A stretch of 30,333 bases of DNA, from positions 1 to 30,333 of IMG/VR virus record IMGVR_UViG_3300016464_000279, one strand, 5' to 3'. Both the position numbers and the translations under genes were made by a program. Of this stretch, positions 26,373 through 30,333 are shown piece after piece. How positions within the stretch are numbered: the stretch's first letter is position 1; each line of letters starts with the position of its first letter. The notes under the pieces are model-generated. The model ran no database searches and was not told where the DNA came from. It saw nothing but the letters and a program-made list of their open reading frames with translations. The stretch is from a virus. Lineage: Duplodnaviria > Caudoviricetes.

Positions 26373-27209
26373 ATGTTCAAGAAAGCAACAAAAAGCCAAG
26401 CTAAGGCTAGGCTTCTATTCTCCGGTGCCAGCGGTTCTGGCAAGACTACTGCGGCTCTGACCGTCGCTGCTCAGTTGGGCAAGCGAATTGCCTTCATTGA
26501 CACTGAGGCTGGCAGCGCATCGCTTTACGCTGACCGCTTCGACTTCGATGTTCTGGAACTGTCGCCACCCTATGCGCCGGAGCGGTTCATTGAAGCCATC
26601 GAAGCCGCAGAGCAGGCCGGTTACGAGGTCATTGTCATTGACTCAATCACCCACGAATGGTCTGGCCCAGGTGGATGCCTCGACATCAAGACCAAGATGG
26701 GCGACCGCTTCCAAGACTGGGCCAAGGTGACGCCAAGGCACGACCGCTTCATTCAAGCCATGATGCGAAGCAAGTCTCACATCATCGCCACTGTCCGTGC
26801 AAAGCAGGGTTACAGCATGGACGAGAAGGGAAAGGTGCAGAAGTCAGGCATGGACCCGCAACAGCGGGACGGCATTGACTTTGAGTTCACCGTCTGCTGG
26901 AACATCAACGCAGCCCATATGGCAGAGGCTCAGAAGGACCGCACCCGCTTGTTTGACGGCAAGCCGGAGGTCATCACCGCAGAAACCGGCGAACGCCTCG
27001 CCAAATGGCTATCCGCTGGCGAAGCTCCGGCACCTGTTGCCGAGGCTGCACCTGTTGACCTCAAGACTGCCATCCGACAGCACAGGCTGGCGAAGAAACT
27101 GGTGCCAAGCCTGCTGGCGAAGCTGAACAAAGTCAATCTCGACGAGTGCGATGATGGTGAACTTAACCGCATCAAGACCTACTTGGAAGCGAAGGAGGTG
27201 GAAGCGTGA
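26373..27209 (+). CDS. Sak4-like ATPase recombinase (AAA_24)
   Basis: Walker A GASGSGKT, IDTE, Walker B VIVIDSITHEW, EF, KDRT. Confidence 0.88.
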   Translation: MFKKATKSQAKARLLFSGASGSGKTTAALTVAAQLGKRIAFIDTEAGSASLYADRFDFDVLELSPPYAPERFIEAIEAAEQAGYEVIVIDSITHEWSGPGGCLDIKTKMGDRFQDWAKVTPRHDRFIQAMMRSKSHIIATVRAKQGYSMDEKGKVQKSGMDPQQRDGIDFEFTVCWNINAAHMAEAQKDRTRLFDGKPEVITAETGERLAKWLSAGEAPAPVAEAAPVDLKTAIRQHRLAKKLVPSLLAKLNKVNLDECDDGELNRIKTYLEAKEVEA

Positions 27210-28024
27210 ACGAACTAATCCCACAGATGGATGCTGCGTCCTATCACAATAGCGCAGGCATCAGTAAGCACGGGCTGGACCTCATCCGCCACGCCCCTGC
27301 GCTTTACCTGCACCGAAAGGACAACCCCGAGGAGCAGTCACCGGCAATGAGGTGGGGCACCTTGGCGCATACCGTCATCCTTGAGCCTGACAAGTTCGAC
27401 GAGGTTTACGTCCTGCCGCCCTGTGACCGTCGCACCAAGGAGGGCAAGGAGACGTATGCACAAGCCATGCGTGAGGCTGCTGGCAGGACTGTCATCACTC
27501 TGGACGAGGCGAAGCAGCTGGAAGGCATGAAGAATGCTTTCTACGGCGACAAGGCTTGCCGCAACACCCTGCGCGACCTTAAGCATATCGAGGCGTCTTG
27601 CTACTGGATTGACAAGACCCAGGACGTTCAATGCCGAGCCAGGCCGGATGCTATCCGAAGGGATGGAGTTGTCATCGATTATAAGACGACGGACAATGCC
27701 AGCCCATCGGCATTCCTGCGGTCAGTGATGAACTTCCGTTACCATGTCCAGGCGGCATATTACCTCGACGGCATCAAGGCTATTACTGGCGACGACGGAA
27801 CCTTCATTTTCATCGCCCAGGAGAAAAAGCCACCTTACCTGACCTGCGTTTACATCGTCGGGCAGGACATGGTTGAGCAGGGTCGCAAGGAATACCAGCA
27901 GGACTTGGCTACCTACAAGACCTGCATGGAAACCGGCGACTGGTCTGGTATCTCAAGTCATCCGTTGGAACTGAATCTTCCACGCTGGATGAGCAAGGCC
28001 GAACCTGAAACGATTGACTTCTAA
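27206..28024 (+). CDS. RecE / exonuclease VIII-like PD-(D/E)xK nuclease (DUF3799)
   Basis: YH...ISK, GTLAH..ILEP, CRARPD, IDYKTT, YHVQAAYY, QEKKPPY. Confidence 0.9.
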   Translation: MNELIPQMDAASYHNSAGISKHGLDLIRHAPALYLHRKDNPEEQSPAMRWGTLAHTVILEPDKFDEVYVLPPCDRRTKEGKETYAQAMREAAGRTVITLDEAKQLEGMKNAFYGDKACRNTLRDLKHIEASCYWIDKTQDVQCRARPDAIRRDGVVIDYKTTDNASPSAFLRSVMNFRYHVQAAYYLDGIKAITGDDGTFIFIAQEKKPPYLTCVYIVGQDMVEQGRKEYQQDLATYKTCMETGDWSGISSHPLELNLPRWMSKAEPETIDF

Positions 28025-28368
28025 TGTCTCAGCCTATCTCAGACTGGTCCTTCTTTGCCGACCCTGAAAAAGGCTTGGAAAACCGTCTGTGCTGGCTATA
28101 CATCGAGGTCATCAAGACGGCGGTGCAAGACGCTGTAAAGGGCATTCACGCTGGAATTGTTGACCCTGTGACGCTAAAGCCTATTTATTCTCCGCTAATG
28201 CGCGAAGAAATGGCGGAATGGCAGAATGGGGCGCAGTTCCTACGTGGCGAATCCTGCGCAGACTTGTGCCGTCATCTAAATCAGTGGTCCGATGGCATCC
28301 TGAAACTAACACCTGAACACTTTGTCCGCGCAGTGAAGCGGTCAATCAAACCGAACAAAACCAAATGA
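28024..28368 (+). CDS. Hypothetical protein (114 aa)
   Basis: Coupled on both sides; VIKTAVQD helical segment. Confidence 0.7.
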   Translation: MSQPISDWSFFADPEKGLENRLCWLYIEVIKTAVQDAVKGIHAGIVDPVTLKPIYSPLMREEMAEWQNGAQFLRGESCADLCRHLNQWSDGILKLTPEHFVRAVKRSIKPNKTK

Positions 28369-28598
28369 GCAAGGAATACGACAATACGAATCGCGGCAGT
28401 CTCTTCGACAACGACAGGAAGGAGAAGGATACGCATCCTGACTTTACCGGCAGCATCAATGTTGACGGCAAGGAATACTGGCTGAGTGCCTGGAAGAAAA
28501 CCAGCAACGGCGGCAAGCGTTTCTTTTCCATGAGCGTCAAGGCCAAGGAGCAGAAGGTCGCTAAGTCATCCGACCCCGAAGACGAAATCCCCTGGTAA
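28365..28598 (+). CDS. Small ssDNA-binding protein-like
   Basis: GSLF.N..K....PDFTG...V.GKEYWLSAW core; acidic-aromatic tail EDEIPW; located in the Sak4/RecE module. Confidence 0.7.
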   Translation: MSKEYDNTNRGSLFDNDRKEKDTHPDFTGSINVDGKEYWLSAWKKTSNGGKRFFSMSVKAKEQKVAKSSDPEDEIPW

Positions 28599-28605
28599 AA
28601 CCTTT

Positions 28606-28702
28606 GGGTGATGCCGCCGGGATTTCCAGCAGGTAGTTGTGCCTTGTGTCCCCGGTGCTAGGCGGGACTGGATAGCTAAGATAGCACTCAGCGGCATCAC
28701 CC
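28606..28702 (+). ncRNA. Candidate small structured RNA (three-way junction)
   Basis: Perfect 12-bp closing stem 28606-28617/28691-28702; inner stems CGGG/CCCG (28618-21/28651-54) and GTGCTA/TAGCAC (28655-60/28682-87); fills the intergenic gap. Confidence 0.6.
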
Positions 28703-28717
28703 TCTACTCTCTACACT

Positions 28718-28885
28718 ATGCAAATCGAAGAACTGAACAAAGCAGCATTCCTGCAACGCATCGAGGAACTGGAACGCGAGGTCCGTGACCTTCGTCACCA
28801 GTTGGACGTTAAGAAGCGGCTGGAGGAACCGCCGCAAAGCAAATGGGACAAGGTTTCTAAAGCACTCTACCAAGCACTGACATGA
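28718..28885 (+). CDS. Small coiled-coil protein, 55 aa
   Basis: Read manually: MQIEELNKAAFLQRIEELEREVRDLRHQL...; ATGA overlap with next gene. Confidence 0.7.
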   Translation: MQIEELNKAAFLQRIEELEREVRDLRHQLDVKKRLEEPPQSKWDKVSKALYQALT

Positions 28886-29091
28886 TTATCAGCTTCCAAC
28901 TCGAAAACCCGCCTTCAACCAAGGTGCAAGTGACCCTGTGCGACAACGCCAATCTGGATGAAGTCGTTGAGGCTTGCCGTAGTGCAGCCTTCGCTATGGG
29001 CTACAACATCGAGAACATTCTCGACAGCTTCCGCACTGGCGATGACCTCATTCCGGTGCCGACGATGAAACCCCTGGAAGAAGACTACTGA
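28882..29091 (+). CDS. Hypothetical protein (69 aa)
   Basis: LDEVVEACRSAAFAMGY; coupled to neighbours. Confidence 0.7.
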   Translation: MIISFQLENPPSTKVQVTLCDNANLDEVVEACRSAAFAMGYNIENILDSFRTGDDLIPVPTMKPLEEDY

Positions 29092-29092
29092 C

Positions 29093-29296
29093 ATGGCAGG
29101 CAAAGGAGATACACCAAGGCCGGTGAACCTGGCCAAGTTTGAAAACAACTACGAAACCATCTTCCGCAAATGCCAATCAACAGTAGAGCAAAAGGCGCAA
29201 GAGGCGAACGAGAATGGCGCGACCAGTTGCGCAACGAAGGCTTCAGCGCACGACGAGGACAACAGTTCTCAGGTGGTGCCGACAGTCCTGACGTAA
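29093..29296 (+). CDS. Small hypothetical protein (GKGD.PRP...F..NY..IF type)
   Basis: N-terminal 26 aa resemble a recurrent tiny phage protein; the rest overlaps the resolvase gene. Confidence 0.55.
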   Translation: MAGKGDTPRPVNLAKFENNYETIFRKCQSTVEQKAQEANENGATSCATKASAHDEDNSSQVVPTVLT

Positions 29297-29589
29297 TCTG
29301 TGAGTCTCTGCCAGGCATCCACTGGGAGGTCAAGCGCGTTGAAGCTGGCAATCCATACGTCTGGATGGAGCAGGCCGAGCGTGACGCAGGATCGGCGAAG
29401 ATGCCCATTGTCGCGCACAAGCGCAACGGCAAGGAATGGCTCTGTGTCCTGCGAGCCTCCGACCTGTTTGCCCTGCTGCGCGAAACCAACCAACCACTCA
29501 CAACACACAATGCAACGAACGAACAAGGAGACAGTGAAAGCCCATCTAAACCTGCTGATGGGGCACCTGCTGGACGACTGGCAGGCTAA
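29170..29589 (+). CDS. Holliday junction resolvase (Hjc-like PD-(D/E)xK)
   Basis: SRAKGARGERE, SPDV, HWEVKR, QAERDA, PIVAHKRN. Confidence 0.88.
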   Translation: MPINSRAKGARGEREWRDQLRNEGFSARRGQQFSGGADSPDVICESLPGIHWEVKRVEAGNPYVWMEQAERDAGSAKMPIVAHKRNGKEWLCVLRASDLFALLRETNQPLTTHNATNEQGDSESPSKPADGAPAGRLAG

Positions 29590-29710
29590 TCGGAAGGTCA
29601 TCAACTCGCTGCAATACGCCCTGCGAGCAGTGGACGCTTACAACCCGAACGGAATCCCGCTGAAGAAGCGGGTTTTTCATCCCCAGGAGCAGGCAGAAGC
29701 GCAGGGCTAG
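29510..29710 (+). CDS. Hypothetical protein (66 aa)
   Basis: ATG at 29510 after an AC-rich leader, within ORF 29300..29710. Confidence 0.6.
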   Translation: MQRTNKETVKAHLNLLMGHLLDDWQANRKVINSLQYALRAVDAYNPNGIPLKKRVFHPQEQAEAQG

Positions 29711-29775
29711 CACTTTTTTGTTTGGTTGAAAATCAACGTGTTGCAGTGTTCATGAACTTTTCATGAAGAATCTTG

Positions 29776-29803
29776 TTGCAGTCCTTGGGCGCTGTGGCAT
29801 GAT
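29776..29803 (+). promoter_or_regulatory. Putative early promoter
   Basis: TTGCAG, 16 nt, CATGAT with TGn extension, in an AT-rich gap. Confidence 0.5.
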
Positions 29804-29828
29804 GGCGTTGTCAGCGGAACACAACACA

Positions 29829-29936
29829 ATGAACACTATTACCACCGACACCCTCGACGAACTCATGGACCTCCACGACGCCGCTTCCGATTACTGTGCA
29901 GAAGAAGGCATCTGCTGGGAAGACCGCGACGCCTAA
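29829..29936 (+). CDS. Tiny acidic protein, 35 aa
   Basis: Read manually: MNTITTDTLDELMDLHDAASDYCAEEGICWEDRDA; AC-rich leader. Confidence 0.55.
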   Translation: MNTITTDTLDELMDLHDAASDYCAEEGICWEDRDA

Positions 29937-29975
29937 TCTCCAAGGGGGCCGCGCATCCTACACGCGGAACACACC

Positions 29976-30065
29976 ATGACCGAAGAACAACTCGACGCCC
30001 TGGAAGCGGCCATTGCTTCCGCCATAGCAGCAGCAGACGCAGCCATAGCCAAAGCCAAGGAATGA
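29976..30065 (+). CDS. Tiny Ala-rich helical protein, 29 aa
   Basis: Read manually: MTEEQLDALEAAIASAIAAADAAIAKAKE; ATGA overlap with next gene. Confidence 0.55.
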   Translation: MTEEQLDALEAAIASAIAAADAAIAKAKE

Positions 30066-30211
30066 AAACACCACTACAACTCTACGTCACCCCAGACCTG
30101 GCGTCCGCCATCAAGCGTGGTGCCACAAAGGCCGGAACCACCATGAGCGAGTTTATTCGCCAAGCTGTGAAGGAGAAGATTGCCAGCAGCAAGAAAGGGG
30201 GTGCGCGATGA
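30062..30211 (+). CDS. Ribbon-helix-helix (CopG/Arc-like) regulator, 49 aa
   Basis: Read manually: MKTPLQLYVTPDLASAIKRGATKAGTTMSEFIRQAVKEKI...; alternating beta strand, helix, G.TMSEFIR.A helix. Confidence 0.8.
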   Translation: MKTPLQLYVTPDLASAIKRGATKAGTTMSEFIRQAVKEKIASSKKGGAR

Positions 30212-30333
30212 GCTTCTTTGACCCACCAAAGTTCCCAGAACCTTTCAAGCCTGAGCCTCTGTGGCAAATGAACACCTGCCCCACCTGCCCTAACGATTTG
30301 GTCTGCCACGACCAAGGCGAGTGCCTGCGCCCG
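30208..30333 (+). CDS. Cys-rich small protein, runs off the window end (may continue at 1..72)
   Basis: MSFFDPPKFPEPFKPEPLWQMNTCPTCPNDLVCHDQGECLRP; ATGA-coupled; no stop before the end. Confidence 0.6.
   Translation, partial: MSFFDPPKFPEPFKPEPLWQMNTCPTCPNDLVCHDQGECLRP

Larger units (their letters stand above)
1..30333 (+). mobile_element. Podovirus-like dsDNA bacteriophage genome (possibly complete, circularly permuted)
   Basis: Terminase-portal-scaffold-capsid-adaptor-nozzle-ejection protein order; no tape measure or sheath gene; lysis and recombination modules; tightly coupled + strand genes (many ATGA/TAATG overlaps); no host genes. Confidence 0.95.

Noticed and set aside
26373-27209. 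Replicative helicase or loader
   Set aside because: Motifs and the RecE/SSB context fit Sak4-type recombinases, not DnaB/DnaC
28606-28702. tRNA gene
   Set aside because: No T-loop GTTCRA, no 7-nt anticodon loop, and the closing stem is 12 bp

Overview
This window is a tailed (podovirus-like) bacteriophage sequence. All supportable protein genes lie on the + strand. In order: small early-type ORFs, a ~380-nt structured non-coding region, terminase large subunit, portal, scaffold, major capsid, adaptor/tail genes, an embedded lysis cassette (M15 peptidase endolysin), nozzle and fibre, then an ejection-protein module interrupted by a PAPS-reductase-fold (PP-loop) gene and ending in a 2000-aa polyvalent protein. 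After that come a metallophosphoesterase, a Sak4/RecE/SSB recombination module, a Holliday junction resolvase and an RHH regulator. The last ORF reads in frame across the end-to-start junction, so this may be a complete ~30.3-kb circular genome, and I see no polymerase, primase, helicase, initiator or integrase. The most interesting signals are: (i) a counter-transcribed, highly structured RNA at ~925-1303 with its own promoter; (ii) a three-way-junction RNA after ssb that is complementary to the start region of the early operon; (iii) FQP-delimited effector modules (ART-like, HhH glycosylase-like) behind a zincin protease in the giant protein; (iv) a GNAT-like gene and a PP-loop gene flanking one ejection protein. 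All family calls come from motif recognition by eye, with no database search.
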